A stretch of 64,000 nucleotides of DNA. Origin: Candidatus Aminicenantes bacterium (GTDB lineage Bacteria > Acidobacteriota > Aminicenantia > Aminicenantales > Aminicenantaceae). The translations under genes and the position numbers were made by a program. Position 1 is the first letter of the stretch, and every line of letters starts with the position of its first letter. Where the stretch lies: positions 14,812 to 78,811 of the forward strand of contig DAOVDU010000001.1 in the NCBI GenBank assembly GCA_030669305.1. Reading direction: 5' to 3'. Under the pieces are notes generated by a model. It was not told where the DNA came from. It saw nothing but the letters and a program-made list of their open reading frames with translations, and did not search any database. Below are positions 20,656 through 30,312 of this stretch, in pieces.

Positions 20656-20805
20656 CTGCCTCTAAATTCTCACATCACCTGAGACAATTCTTAACATAAT
20701 CCTTGAACAGAGTCAAATCTTTTCCTTTTTCCTTACTTTTGCTTTCTCTCATCTCCCATTTATGTGGAAGAATACAATTGAGTCCGTTTAGTCCATTTCA
20801 ATAAT

Positions 20806-21984
20806 TTAGTCGGTTTCGTCCATTAAATATCCAAAGAGGTGGGAATACTTTTCAACAACCCTGGACCAGGAATAATTTTCCTGGACATATTTCAGGCCAT
20901 TCTCTCCCATGATTCTTCTTAACTTTGAATCAGACAGGAAAAGATCCAAAACACTTTCAAACTCTTTATAATCGGAGTAGCACAAACCGCTTTTTCCCTC
21001 AAGACAATGCTGTTTGAGAGGGTCGGTTTTTTCTTGGACTAAAACAGGCGTCTGGGCTGCCATCGACTCTAAAGCTGCCATGCATAAGCTTTCAAGATGA
21101 GAAGGATGGACAGTCACACAGGCAGAAGCCATGGCACTATTTTTTTCCTCAGGAGGAAGAAAACCAAGATATTTTATTCTAGGATAAGAAGGTAAATCCA
21201 TTAAAAGCTTTCCGATCAGGATAAGTGTCAAATCAGGACTTTTTCTGCTGTATCTAAGGAAATAATCGACGAGTTCTTGACAGCCTTTTCCTGGTTCTAT
21301 ACGGCCTGCATAAAGGATAAAAGGAAGCATAATCCCATGTTTTTTACAAAAATCAGGACTCCCTAGGTTTTTTGGAATCTCTACTCCAACACCTACAATA
21401 TCCTGGTATTTGTGTTCAAAAGAAAACAGACGGCTGAGCATTTGCTTTTCTGATGCTGTATTAAACATGAAAGCTTTAGGAGTAGAAAATACCTCTTTCA
21501 TGATATCTAGGTGTAAAGCGGGCTCATCATGAGCTGTGGGAACAAGGGCTTTTTTTTCTTTAATTCTTTGGAGCCCCCAGTAAGTATTGTAATACAGGTA
21601 GGTAAAAAAGATGAAAATGTCGTGGTCTTTCTCTTCTCTCTCTAATGTTTCAACAAGAGCGGGACAACAAGGCCCTTGCCTTTCCATCCATTCTATCTCA
21701 TCTTCACGCGTATGTTCATGAAAGAAAATCCAATCAGAATACTTGTTAAACGAATCAATGTCTCTCTCTTTTTCCACTCTAAAGCGTTTAATAACAACTC
21801 CATTAAGAATAGACTCACCAGGAGAATACTCATTTTTCCATGTGATGTAATCTTTAGCTGCTGTTGTATAGACCGTACAGTCATATCCTGCGTCGACTAA
21901 TTTTTCTGCAATCTGGCGGCAGTGAAGCTCAGAACCTCCCATGACTTCGCTGCCATACCGCTGGACTACAAAGGCTATTCGCAT
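20806..21984 (-). CDS. GT4-family glycosyltransferase (type A; paralog of 24186..25361)
   Basis: N-terminal [23 protein letters not shown] Glyco_trans_4-like domain and C-terminal GT1 domain. About 45% identity by eye to the ORF at 24186. Confidence 0.75.
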   Translation of the reverse strand: MRIAFVVQRYGSEVMGGSELHCRQIAEKLVDAGYDCTVYTTAAKDYITWKNEYSPGESILNGVVIKRFRVEKERDIDSFNKYSDWIFFHEHTREDEIEWMERQGPCCPALVETLEREEKDHDIFIFFTYLYYNTYWGLQRIKEKKALVPTAHDEPALHLDIMKEVFSTPKAFMFNTASEKQMLSRLFSFEHKYQDIVGVGVEIPKNLGSPDFCKKHGIMLPFILYAGRIEPGKGCQELVDYFLRYSRKSPDLTLILIGKLLMDLPSYPRIKYLGFLPPEEKNSAMASACVTVHPSHLESLCMAALESMAAQTPVLVQEKTDPLKQHCLEGKSGLCYSDYKEFESVLDLFLSDSKLRRIMGENGLKYVQENYSWSRVVEKYSHLFGYLMDETD

Positions 21985-22060
21985 ACTATCTCCAAATCTA
22001 AAGAATTCAAGAGTCAGAATCCAGAATCCTAAAAAATTTTTTAATTCTGTATTCTGAATT

Positions 22061-23122
22061 CTATATTCTATTAATCATTTGAAGCAAAAATTTCTCTCTT
22101 TCCATCTCCTTAAACTTCTTCAACCTTCGGCGCTGTCCTTCAATTATCCCTTCCCTCAACTTCATATCATTAGCCACAATATTGACCAGTTCTCCGACAT
22201 AATCCTTTCTCTTATTCTTGATCAACACACCTGCTCCTCCTAATGTATAGGGAACAGCTGTACAATCATAGGCAATAATGGGTAGGTCAAAAATCATACT
22301 CTCGATAAAAGGGAGCCCAAATCCCTCATGTTCACTTAACGAAAGAAACAAGTTTGAAGCTTTGTAAATGGCAAACATTTCCTCATCAGAAATATGTCCT
22401 GTAAAACAAATTTCCTCTGGCTTTAAATAAAACTCATCTGCGAGGGTAACTAAACTCTTGTAATATTTGGGAAGGGATGCGATTTTACCGACTATAATCA
22501 GCCTTACTAGGGGAGAGATATATTTTTTGTAGTAAAAAATAACCTTGATAAGATCATCAATCCTCTTATTGGGCGCAACCCTCCCCACAAAAAGAATATT
22601 GGTTCTATCATCTTTAAAGAGATTGTACATAAGACGACTCATTGGTTTTTTGTACTTTTTAAAATCAACAAAAAGAGGAAAAATTTTAGCTTTTTTAAAG
22701 CCAATATTAAGAAGTTCCTGGCGATTAAACTCGGAATCAGCTAAAGCTAATGCAACTTTAGGGGCCAGCGATACGAGTTCCTCCCTGCCAATTCGGGAAA
22801 TTCTGACCATTTCCTGGCTAAAATCCTTAAAAAATCCATGTGGTGTGAGGTTATGATATATCATCGTTTTTCCGCTGGGGAGGCTGGCAAAAGCATGGGT
22901 TAAAGGAGAGGGCAGAGCAAAATGTAAAATAGTAACATCCGAAGGAGAAGGCTTCGGGAAAGAAGAAAAAATTTTCGACTCTTCCTCCAGGCCTCTATCT
23001 CGTGTTAAACAGTATATCTCAGATTGAAAACCCTGAGATAAAAAAAATCTTTTCATATGAAAGGCTGTATCTCCTATGGCATCACCCCAATGAAACGCAG
23101 GAACAAGCTGGTCTACTCTCAT
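22061..23122 (-). CDS. GT4-family glycosyltransferase (type B; paralog of 23119..24186)
   Basis: EX7E-type motif [24 protein letters not shown] donor-binding region. Confidence 0.75.
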   Translation of the reverse strand: MRVDQLVPAFHWGDAIGDTAFHMKRFFLSQGFQSEIYCLTRDRGLEEESKIFSSFPKPSPSDVTILHFALPSPLTHAFASLPSGKTMIYHNLTPHGFFKDFSQEMVRISRIGREELVSLAPKVALALADSEFNRQELLNIGFKKAKIFPLFVDFKKYKKPMSRLMYNLFKDDRTNILFVGRVAPNKRIDDLIKVIFYYKKYISPLVRLIIVGKIASLPKYYKSLVTLADEFYLKPEEICFTGHISDEEMFAIYKASNLFLSLSEHEGFGLPFIESMIFDLPIIAYDCTAVPYTLGGAGVLIKNKRKDYVGELVNIVANDMKLREGIIEGQRRRLKKFKEMEREKFLLQMINRI

Positions 23123-24186
23123 CCTATGCTCACCCGTTCTATATGATTGAGCAGGGTCCGGCCTACATTTTCCCTCTTGTATTTCTCCAGAGCCTTGAGC
23201 TGAGATGAAATCACATCTTTTCTGAAGGCTTCATCTCTGTTCAGTATATCCAATAGAACCGCTGTCTTGAAAAAATCTTTTTCACGAAGGAGGATTCCTC
23301 CGCTATTCATAGTCTCCTCCACCGCGCCAGCCGCATAGGCAACAACAGGAATTTTCATATAAAAAGACTCTAAAAGAGGAACTCCAAATCCTTCATGCTC
23401 ACTCATGCTCAAATAGACATGAGCAAGCCTGAAATATGCGATAAGTTCAGAAAATTCAACATGCCCTGTAAAATGAACATCATTCAATTCCAATCTTTCC
23501 ACTAAATCCCGGAGAACAGCAAAATACCGTTCCATCCCTCTAAAATCTCCGGCCAAAATGAGCTGAGAATTTGGATTGAAATATTTTTTATAGAAATAAA
23601 AGGTCTTAATAACATCCTCAAACTTTTTGTTAGGAATCATGCGTCCCACGAAAAGAATGGTCCATTTTCCATTGGAAAAAAGTTTCTGAACGACAGGGTC
23701 TCCTTCCTGGTCAAATTTTGAAAAATTCAAAAGAAGAGGCTGCACACCTGTATTGGTATATCCAAACACCTCAAGTTCTTTTCGGTTAAATTCTGAATCT
23801 CCGAGGGCCAAATCAACTTTATCTATAAAAAGCTTGATCTCCAGACGTCCTTTATAGCACTCCCTGGCCAGAATCCTGTGATAGTCCAAGAAAAACTCAT
23901 AGGGTGTGATATTGTGATAAATCATGATTCTCCTGTCTGGAATGCGAAAAAACATCTTGGATACAGGCGATCCGATGGAAAAATGAAATATGACCACATT
24001 TTGGGGAGAGCTAATTTTTTTATACTCCCTGTAATCTCTCATGTATTTGGCCATCTTTGGCTCATAGAACCGGATGAATATCTCAGATTTATATCCTTTT
24101 TCTTTGAGAACTTTTTGTATTTCAAGCATTTCATCGGAGATTGCATCCCCATAAGTCAAGGAAGTCGCAAATTGATGAATTTCCAC
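23119..24186 (-). CDS. GT4-family glycosyltransferase (type B')
   Basis: SEHEGFGVPLLESF and FVGRMIPNKK. 4-nt overlap with the downstream GT. Confidence 0.75.
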   Translation of the reverse strand: MEIHQFATSLTYGDAISDEMLEIQKVLKEKGYKSEIFIRFYEPKMAKYMRDYREYKKISSPQNVVIFHFSIGSPVSKMFFRIPDRRIMIYHNITPYEFFLDYHRILARECYKGRLEIKLFIDKVDLALGDSEFNRKELEVFGYTNTGVQPLLLNFSKFDQEGDPVVQKLFSNGKWTILFVGRMIPNKKFEDVIKTFYFYKKYFNPNSQLILAGDFRGMERYFAVLRDLVERLELNDVHFTGHVEFSELIAYFRLAHVYLSMSEHEGFGVPLLESFYMKIPVVAYAAGAVEETMNSGGILLREKDFFKTAVLLDILNRDEAFRKDVISSQLKALEKYKRENVGRTLLNHIERVSIG

Positions 24187-25361
24187 TATTTTTCCTTTTC
24201 AAGCTGGTCAAGGATTGAAAGATACTTATTCTCGATAACTTCCCATGTATAATTCTGTCTGAAGTACTCCTGGCCGTTTTTCCCCATCGCCTCACAAAGT
24301 CCAGGCGATGAGATGAGAAGCCCCAAGGCTTCTCTAAACTCTTCATAATTTTCATAGAAGAGACCAGCGTTGCTCCGCATACACTGTCCTTTTAGCACTT
24401 CGCATCGGGCATTAGCCAAGACTGGGATCCGCAAGGCCCAGGCTTCGAGAGTAACCATGGAAAGGCTTTCATAGAATGAGGGCATCATTAAAAGCAACGC
24501 CCCTTCAAGAGCAGAAAACTTATCTTCCTCTGATAAAAATCCAAGATAGGCTATATCAGAATGGGAAGGAATCTTCAATTTGTTGCTACCGACCAAGACC
24601 AGTTTTATATCAGAGCCAATTTCATCTTTAAACCTGAGAAAACAATCAAAAAGCTTATGGCATCCTTTGTTCTTATCAATCCTTCCTATATAGATAATGT
24701 AATCTCCTCCAATCTGGTATTTTCGGCGAAATCCTTCCGAGGAAAACTGTGAAGGGATCTCTGTTCCCACTCCAATAATATCCCCTAGTACATCCATATT
24801 CTGGGAGAGAGAATTTATCATATTCTTTTCTTCTACAGAATTGTAGATTATAGCGCGCGGCTTTCTGAATAAATCTTTGAAGATTTTAAGGTAAATTACA
24901 GGGTCATGCTCCGCTGTAGGTACCAGGATGCTCTTTTGGGGCAAAGAGTTTATTCCGCAGTACGAATGGTAATAGCGGTAGCTGAAAAAAATAAAATAAT
25001 CATAATCATTCTGGTGTTCATTTATGTACTTAATTAACGAAGGAGAGTAAGGGCCTTCTTCCTCCAGCCACTTCAGTTCGTCCTCGAGTCTATGCTCATT
25101 TTCCAGGATGTAATTCTGGATGCGGCCAAACCTCTTCGGGTCCCTTGTTCGAGTCACTGAAAACCTTTTTACAGGAATGCCGTTAATAACCTCTTCTCCC
25201 CTAGGATAATGATCTTTCCATGTGATATAGTCAAAAGCCTTTGTTGTTAACACCTCGACTTCAAAGTATTTCTTCATATGTTCGGCTACCCAGCGGCAGT
25301 GTAACTCTGCACCTCCGCTTATTTCTAAACCATATCTTTGGACGACAAAAGCTAATTTCAT
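24186..25361 (-). CDS. GT4-family glycosyltransferase (type A')
   Basis: [23 protein letters not shown]. Colinear with the ORF at 20806. Confidence 0.75.
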   Translation of the reverse strand: MKLAFVVQRYGLEISGGAELHCRWVAEHMKKYFEVEVLTTKAFDYITWKDHYPRGEEVINGIPVKRFSVTRTRDPKRFGRIQNYILENEHRLEDELKWLEEEGPYSPSLIKYINEHQNDYDYFIFFSYRYYHSYCGINSLPQKSILVPTAEHDPVIYLKIFKDLFRKPRAIIYNSVEEKNMINSLSQNMDVLGDIIGVGTEIPSQFSSEGFRRKYQIGGDYIIYIGRIDKNKGCHKLFDCFLRFKDEIGSDIKLVLVGSNKLKIPSHSDIAYLGFLSEEDKFSALEGALLLMMPSFYESLSMVTLEAWALRIPVLANARCEVLKGQCMRSNAGLFYENYEEFREALGLLISSPGLCEAMGKNGQEYFRQNYTWEVIENKYLSILDQLEKEK

Positions 25362-26041
25362 TTGAAAATCTCTTTCTCTATTGCTTTTTCTTTTCTTCCC
25401 AAAAACTCAAAATCTTTTTCCATGATTCGAATCTTAACCTTCAGGTTCTCCTGTTCGATCTTTAATTTGGTGAGTTCAACCACAATATTGTGAGAAAGAC
25501 TATGAAGAAGTTTAGTGTACTCCAAAGCTTTATTCAGGCCTTCGAAAGCAAGGTCTACTCTCTTGTTTGTTGCCTGATTGAGATGATCCAGTTTTTCATG
25601 AATTTTACCAAGCTCACCCTCCAGTTTTTCATTCAATAAATCCAATCTTCTGTTTGTCTGATCAAAATTGTTTTGTGTTTCCTGATGGACAGGGAATATC
25701 ATAACCTTAATAAGAGGGGAAAATGGCTTCATGACTCTCAGCAACAACTTCTTTACTTTTGCTTTTGTTCCAGAGGGTTCCTCGGGTCCAGCAGGAGACG
25801 GACCAAAAGAAGAGTAGAATGCCTCATTTTTTAGATCGCCTTCTGCCGCCTTTATTGGCTGTGTAGCAATTTTTCTTTTGATCTGATCCATAATATCAGC
25901 GACATCGATATTGTCGTAGTCTATGTTTATTTCTTCTTTTTTTATGAATTTCTTTTGTTCTTTTTTGTCTGTCATAAAATACTCCTCTATTTCTTTATTC
26001 TTCCTTTTTAAACAGAAAGTCTTCATAAACACTCTGGACAT
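25358..26041 (-). CDS. coiled-coil protein of unknown function (first genes of the GT operon)
   Basis: Open reading frame with a long heptad-rich C-terminal half (LDLLNEKLEGELGKIHEKLDHLN...). No enzymatic motifs. The start is uncertain, with alternative Mets at residues 6 and 23. Confidence 0.45.
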   Translation of the reverse strand: MSRVFMKTFCLKRKNKEIEEYFMTDKKEQKKFIKKEEINIDYDNIDVADIMDQIKRKIATQPIKAAEGDLKNEAFYSSFGPSPAGPEEPSGTKAKVKKLLLRVMKPFSPLIKVMIFPVHQETQNNFDQTNRRLDLLNEKLEGELGKIHEKLDHLNQATNKRVDLAFEGLNKALEYTKLLHSLSHNIVVELTKLKIEQENLKVKIRIMEKDFEFLGRKEKAIEKEIFK

Positions 26042-26243
26042 CCTGGATATCAGGAAGAGGATGAAGCTTCATCTCCTCGATTTCTTGTATCTCTTTTTCA
26101 GTAAAGATTCCTTCTTTCTTTTTCTTTGCGATTAATTCTTTAATCTCTTCCATAATCCTATCTTGATCTTCTTTCTTAATGCTCTTTATCTCTAAAAAAT
26201 CAGCCATTTTGTTCACCCTCTTGTTAGATTCGCGTACATTCAC
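25995..26243 (-). CDS. small acidic Lys/Glu-rich protein (82 aa), hypothetical
   Basis: ORF only. It overlaps the next gene by about 47 nt. Low-complexity charged sequence. Confidence 0.3.
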   Translation of the reverse strand: MNVRESNKRVNKMADFLEIKSIKKEDQDRIMEEIKELIAKKKKEGIFTEKEIQEIEEMKLHPLPDIQDVQSVYEDFLFKKEE

Positions 26244-26306
26244 TTTTCAGTTATTTATTTTAAAAAAAACAACAAAATAAAAGCAAACCACCATTCAATC
26301 TTTAAA

Positions 26307-26420
26307 GTTAATCTGTTAGTCGGTTAGTCTGTTAGTCGGTTATTTTAATTAAAATATTCAACTGACTAACTGATCAACAGTCTAACTGTCTAACTGACAA
26401 ACTGTCTAACTGACTAACAG
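26307..26420. repeat. octamer-array hairpin element (CNGTTARW arrays in inverted orientation around palindromic AT core TATTTTAATTAAAATA)
   Basis: CTGTTAGTCGGTTAGTCTGTTAGTCGGTTA, then the AT core, then ACTGACTAACTGATCAACAGTCTAACTGTCTAACTGAC... read directly. Confidence 0.8.
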
Positions 26421-26426
26421 AAATTT

Positions 26427-28433
26427 TTAACGAATATATCCTAAGGCTTTCAACTGTTCTAATAATTCCTCATCGATCTCAGGCCTGGATATTTTTCTCT
26501 TCTTTGCCTTGCTGTAGATTTCATTAATTTGCTGGATTATCTGGTTGACAAGCACGGATTTTTTATCAGCTATGTTCTTTCTTTCTATCGAATCTTGTTT
26601 TAAATCATAAAGTTCTATAGGTTTTAAAGCAGGAGGGGCATAGAGAAAAAAATCCAGATCTTTCATACTGAATTTTTTATTGAGAATGAGTTTGTCTTTT
26701 CCCATATTCATGGAGATTTTCCGTGGAATGCGGGAATTCAAAATATTACTTCCTATGTCCGCTAAAAATTTTCTATCTCCTTTCTCTTTTCCTTCTATCA
26801 CAGGAAATAAACTCCTGCCGTCAATGTTCAAATCAGAAAAATCTATCCCCATCTCCTCCAAGATGGTCGGCATGACATCTACAAGAGAGACAATATTTCC
26901 GATCTCTTTCCCTTTAAATTTTGATCCTGGGAATTTAATGACAAGTGGAACTTTCAGAGATTCATCATAAAGACTATGCCCATGTCCCCAGCCCTTATGA
27001 TCATAAAACTCCTCGCCATGGTCACTGGTAAATATGATCATCGTCTGGTCATAAAGCTCCATCTCTTTAAGCTTCCCTATAAGAGGCCCTATAAGTTTTT
27101 CATCTGTATAGCGGATTTCTCCATCATATAGGTCGATGATATTCTGGCGTTCTTCCTCAGGAAGTCTCTTAAACAAACCTGGCTTCCCACCCAGGTAACT
27201 GACTAAATCTATGTGTCTCCATTTAGCTCCTTCCTTAGTAAACATCGTTTTATAGGGATAAGGACAGGCATAAGGGTTATGAGTCTGATAAGTATGGAGA
27301 AAAAGAAAAAAATTCTTATTTTTCTCTCTGTCAAGCCATTCTGAAACAACACGAAATAAAAGTTCAGCTGAATCCTGCTGAAAAACTCCCCCTACTCCAT
27401 CACGATATGTATCAAAGCCTTTGGAGAATCCATAAACAGAGCTGACAAATCCTCCTCCCGTAAAAGAAGAACAAAATAAATGATTCTGCCGTAAAATATC
27501 AGCCAGGGTGAGGACAGCAGGGTCCATTTTCTCTCTGTCATAATAGACTTGATGATGAACTCCATGCAATGAGGTTAAAAGCGAGACATGAGAAGGGAGG
27601 GTCCATGGCGAAGAAGCATATGTATTAAGGAACAAAGCACTGTCTGAAGCTAGGGAATCAATGTTAGGGCTCGTGTCTCTATTATATCCATAACAACCTA
27701 AGTGATCAGCCCTGAGAGTATCAATAGAAATAAGGATAATATTACGAAGGCTTCTTTCTTTCCTGTACAGGACTGGATTATACCAAAAGGAAAAATTATG
27801 TTCTCCACCTTCTGTAACAAGCGACAACTCTACTTCTTCCTGAGTATAAGGAACGTCGATACAATGCCTGGAAAAAGAATGTTTTTCATCCTTGTCAGGA
27901 AATGGAAGGTGTTTTTGGAAAATTGTCTTTTTTCTTCCTTTTGTTTCAAAGGAGATTAAAAAAGTAGCGCCTCTTTCTTTGTTCCCAGTAGATTTGATAA
28001 GTTCTTCTGAATTTTCATCCCTGACATTGCCAATACCAAATTCTAATAAGGAATTCTCTGGAATATTAAGGCTGAAAGTGAATTTACTCTTTGGAGGAGA
28101 AAAAAGCACATTTATCTCTGCTCCACCAAGTTTTAATTTCCTCTTTATTCCAAAAGGATTATCTCCAGAACCTAAGTCCAGGATCTGGTGAGACTTTAAA
28201 GGGAAATACCTATTCGATTCTCCCGATTCTTTGGAAATTTGAATCAGCGGTGAATGAATAATATTTTCTTTATCAAGATTATCAATTAATCTATAGAGTT
28301 TAAATTCGGACAAAGGAGATTTTGCGCAATTACTTAGAAAAAACAAGGGAAATAGGAAAATAAGAGCCTTTTTTTTCATAAACATCGAGTTACTGCCAAT
28401 TGGCATTTTAATTGATTTAATCTCTGTGTTCAA
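26427..28433 (-). CDS. alkaline-phosphatase-superfamily (sulfatase-fold) lipoprotein with Thr/His in place of the FGly Cys/Arg
   Basis: DTLRADHLGCYGY metal-binding motif. The nucleophile region is TLPSHVSLLTS instead of C-x-P-x-R-x-S-L-L-T-G. Signal peptide MKKKALIFLFPLFFLSNC, with the likely true start about 18 codons inside the ORF. Confidence 0.7.
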   Translation of the reverse strand: MNTEIKSIKMPIGSNSMFMKKKALIFLFPLFFLSNCAKSPLSEFKLYRLIDNLDKENIIHSPLIQISKESGESNRYFPLKSHQILDLGSGDNPFGIKRKLKLGGAEINVLFSPPKSKFTFSLNIPENSLLEFGIGNVRDENSEELIKSTGNKERGATFLISFETKGRKKTIFQKHLPFPDKDEKHSFSRHCIDVPYTQEEVELSLVTEGGEHNFSFWYNPVLYRKERSLRNIILISIDTLRADHLGCYGYNRDTSPNIDSLASDSALFLNTYASSPWTLPSHVSLLTSLHGVHHQVYYDREKMDPAVLTLADILRQNHLFCSSFTGGGFVSSVYGFSKGFDTYRDGVGGVFQQDSAELLFRVVSEWLDREKNKNFFLFLHTYQTHNPYACPYPYKTMFTKEGAKWRHIDLVSYLGGKPGLFKRLPEEERQNIIDLYDGEIRYTDEKLIGPLIGKLKEMELYDQTMIIFTSDHGEEFYDHKGWGHGHSLYDESLKVPLVIKFPGSKFKGKEIGNIVSLVDVMPTILEEMGIDFSDLNIDGRSLFPVIEGKEKGDRKFLADIGSNILNSRIPRKISMNMGKDKLILNKKFSMKDLDFFLYAPPALKPIELYDLKQDSIERKNIADKKSVLVNQIIQQINEIYSKAKKRKISRPEIDEELLEQLKALGYIR

Positions 28434-28436
28434 TGT

Positions 28437-28613
28437 TTTAATCTGTTAGTCTGTTAATCTGTTAGTCTGTTAATCGGTTAGACTGTTAATCTGTTAGTCA
28501 GTTAGTCTGTTAGTCAGTTAGTCTGTTAATCAGTTAATATTTTATTTATCTTAAATGGGATGTTAGGAGTTAACAGACTAAACGGGCCTGACGGACTCAA
28601 CAGACATAACTGA
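28437..28613. repeat. octamer array (about 12 direct CTGTTAGT/CTGTTAAT units) plus a degenerate inverted partial array
   Basis: Read directly. It sits immediately upstream of the sulfatase-like gene start. Confidence 0.8.
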
Positions 28614-28721
28614 GAGAAAATTTGAACTTCCTTTTTTATTATTATATTATCTTTTTATCCGGACAGGTGAGAAAAATTCAATTAAACTAAAATCTTTTTT
28701 TAAAGGAAGGAATACATTTTT

Positions 28722-29195
28722 ATGGAAATTAAAAAAAAATTAAGAATTGGAGTTATCGGAGGAGCAAAACCGGATACTGAATCCCGCCAGACTGCCTTCA
28801 AGCTCGGACAATTAATCGCAGAAAAAAAGGCAATCCTTGTCTGTGGAGGGCTCAGTGGAGTGATGGAAGCTGCTGCCCGAGGGGCAAAGCAATCTGGGGG
28901 ATTGACTGTGGGCATCCTCCCAGGAATTTCCCCTAAGGACGCAAACCCATACATAGATATTGCGATTGCAACAGGATTAGGATACAGCCGTAATTCTCTT
29001 GTGGCCTTGAACTCTGATATCTTAATCGCTGTAGACGGGCAATACGGAACTCTCACTGAAATCGCTTATGGCTGCATCTACAGGAAAAAAATCATTGGAA
29101 TTGGGACATGGGACATTGAGAGTGTAATCAAGGCTGACACAGCTGAGGAAGCCATAGACTTAGCGCTAAAAGATTATTTTCCGCTGGTCAGATAA
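28722..29195 (+). CDS. TIGR00725/LOG-like (SLOG Rossmann) family protein
   Basis: RIGVIGGAKPDTE...ILVCGGLSGVMEAAARGA...GILPG pattern typical of LOG/TIGR00725 proteins. Confidence 0.6.
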   Translation: MEIKKKLRIGVIGGAKPDTESRQTAFKLGQLIAEKKAILVCGGLSGVMEAAARGAKQSGGLTVGILPGISPKDANPYIDIAIATGLGYSRNSLVALNSDILIAVDGQYGTLTEIAYGCIYRKKIIGIGTWDIESVIKADTAEEAIDLALKDYFPLVR

Positions 29196-29225
29196 GATAG
29201 TGATATAATAGGGACGTTCCCCATT

Positions 29226-29966
29226 ATGGTCCCCATTATGCAAAATTATAAGATAAAAATCAGCTACGACGGCACGGATTACCATGGCTGGCAGCGTCAG
29301 CCTGATAGAAAAACAATTCAAGGCCTGCTTGAAAATGCACTTTTCAAACTCTGCTCAAAGAAAATCAATGTTATCGGAGCAGGAAGAACAGACTCAGGAG
29401 TGCATGCACATGGACAGGTAGCCCATTTCAAAGCCGCTCTAAACCTCAGCGACGAAGAGTTCTTCCAGGCCTTGAACGGGCAACTCCCCAAAGATATAAG
29501 GATAATCTCGCTCAAAAGTGTAGACACAAATTTTCACGCCCGCAAAATGGCCAAATCAAAAATATACCAATACAGAATATATAACTCACCTGACATCAGT
29601 CCATTTCTTTTCAGGTATGTTCTTCAATGGTCATCGCCGCTTGATGTGGAATCGATGGAAGAAGCAGCTAAACATTTCGTTAGAGATGCAGACTTTACTC
29701 CATTCTCTTCCAATCGCTTTCTACATCCGATAAGGAAAGTATTTCGCTCGGAGATCATAAGAAAAGGCAAGGAAATTATCTACACGGTCGAAGCGAACGG
29801 ATTTTTAAGATATATGGTTCGGACCATGGTGGGAACTCTCCTTGAAATCGGCAGAGGAAGGATTCCACCTGACAGTATACGCGAACTCTTCAAACAAGGA
29901 AAACGTTCTCTCGAAAGCCCCACGGCTCCAGCACGTGGACTGTGCCTTATGAAAGTCAAATATTAG
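29226..29966 (+). CDS. truA: tRNA pseudouridine(38-40) synthase TruA
   Basis: IKISYDGTDYHGWQRQP and GAGRTDSGVHAHGQV, with the catalytic Asp in RTDSGVHA. Confidence 0.85.
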   Translation: MVPIMQNYKIKISYDGTDYHGWQRQPDRKTIQGLLENALFKLCSKKINVIGAGRTDSGVHAHGQVAHFKAALNLSDEEFFQALNGQLPKDIRIISLKSVDTNFHARKMAKSKIYQYRIYNSPDISPFLFRYVLQWSSPLDVESMEEAAKHFVRDADFTPFSSNRFLHPIRKVFRSEIIRKGKEIIYTVEANGFLRYMVRTMVGTLLEIGRGRIPPDSIRELFKQGKRSLESPTAPARGLCLMKVKY

Positions 29967-29969
29967 AAT

Positions 29970-30075
29970 GCCAAAACCTATATTGGTTTAAGGTTGAATG
30001 TTTAATGTTAAAGGAATAATAATAAATGAAAAATATAAATACCTTAAACCTTAAACTTTAAACCTTAAACTAATC
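29970..30075. mobile_element. MITE-like element, copy 2 (truncated, lacks the right TIR)
   Basis: GGTTTAAGGTTGAATGTTTAATGTTAAAGGAATAATAATAAATGAAAAATATAAATACCTTAAACCTTAAACTTTAAACCTTAAACTAATC matches the cores at 31685 and 42430. Confidence 0.5.
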
Positions 30076-30158
30076 CGTTGAGTCCGTTAAATAAAAAGGC
30101 GAGACGAACAAAAGGCATGTCATTGCGAGCTTTCGAAGAAAGCGTGGCAATCCCATAA

Positions 30159-30276
30159 GTTCAGTTGGTCAGTTAGTCGGTTAATCAGTTGGTCAGTTAA
30201 ATATTTTAATTAAAATAACAGACTAACCGATTAACAGACTATCCGATTAACAGACTAACAGACTAACCGAAATCAG
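30159..30276. repeat. octamer-array hairpin element with TATTTTAATTAAAATA core, followed by a T-rich tract
   Basis: Inverted arrays flank the AT core. TTTTGAGTTTTGAGTTTTTT follows, so it probably acts as a terminator between the convergent truA and rimI genes. Confidence 0.75.
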
Positions 30277-30312
30277 TTTTGAGTTTTGAGTTTTTTCTCC
30301 TCACTCCTTACT

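Noticed and set aside
19852-26243. I looked for an MglB/roadblock partner of MglA among the small ORFs at 25995-26243 and 25358-26041.
   Set aside because: Both are highly charged or coiled-coil and show no roadblock/LC7-like alternation of hydrophobic beta/alpha elements that I can see. I cannot assert MglB identity.
26427-28433. I considered calling this gene an arylsulfatase.
   Set aside because: The C/S-x-P-x-R formylglycine motif is absent (TLPSH instead), so I did not name a sulfatase function.
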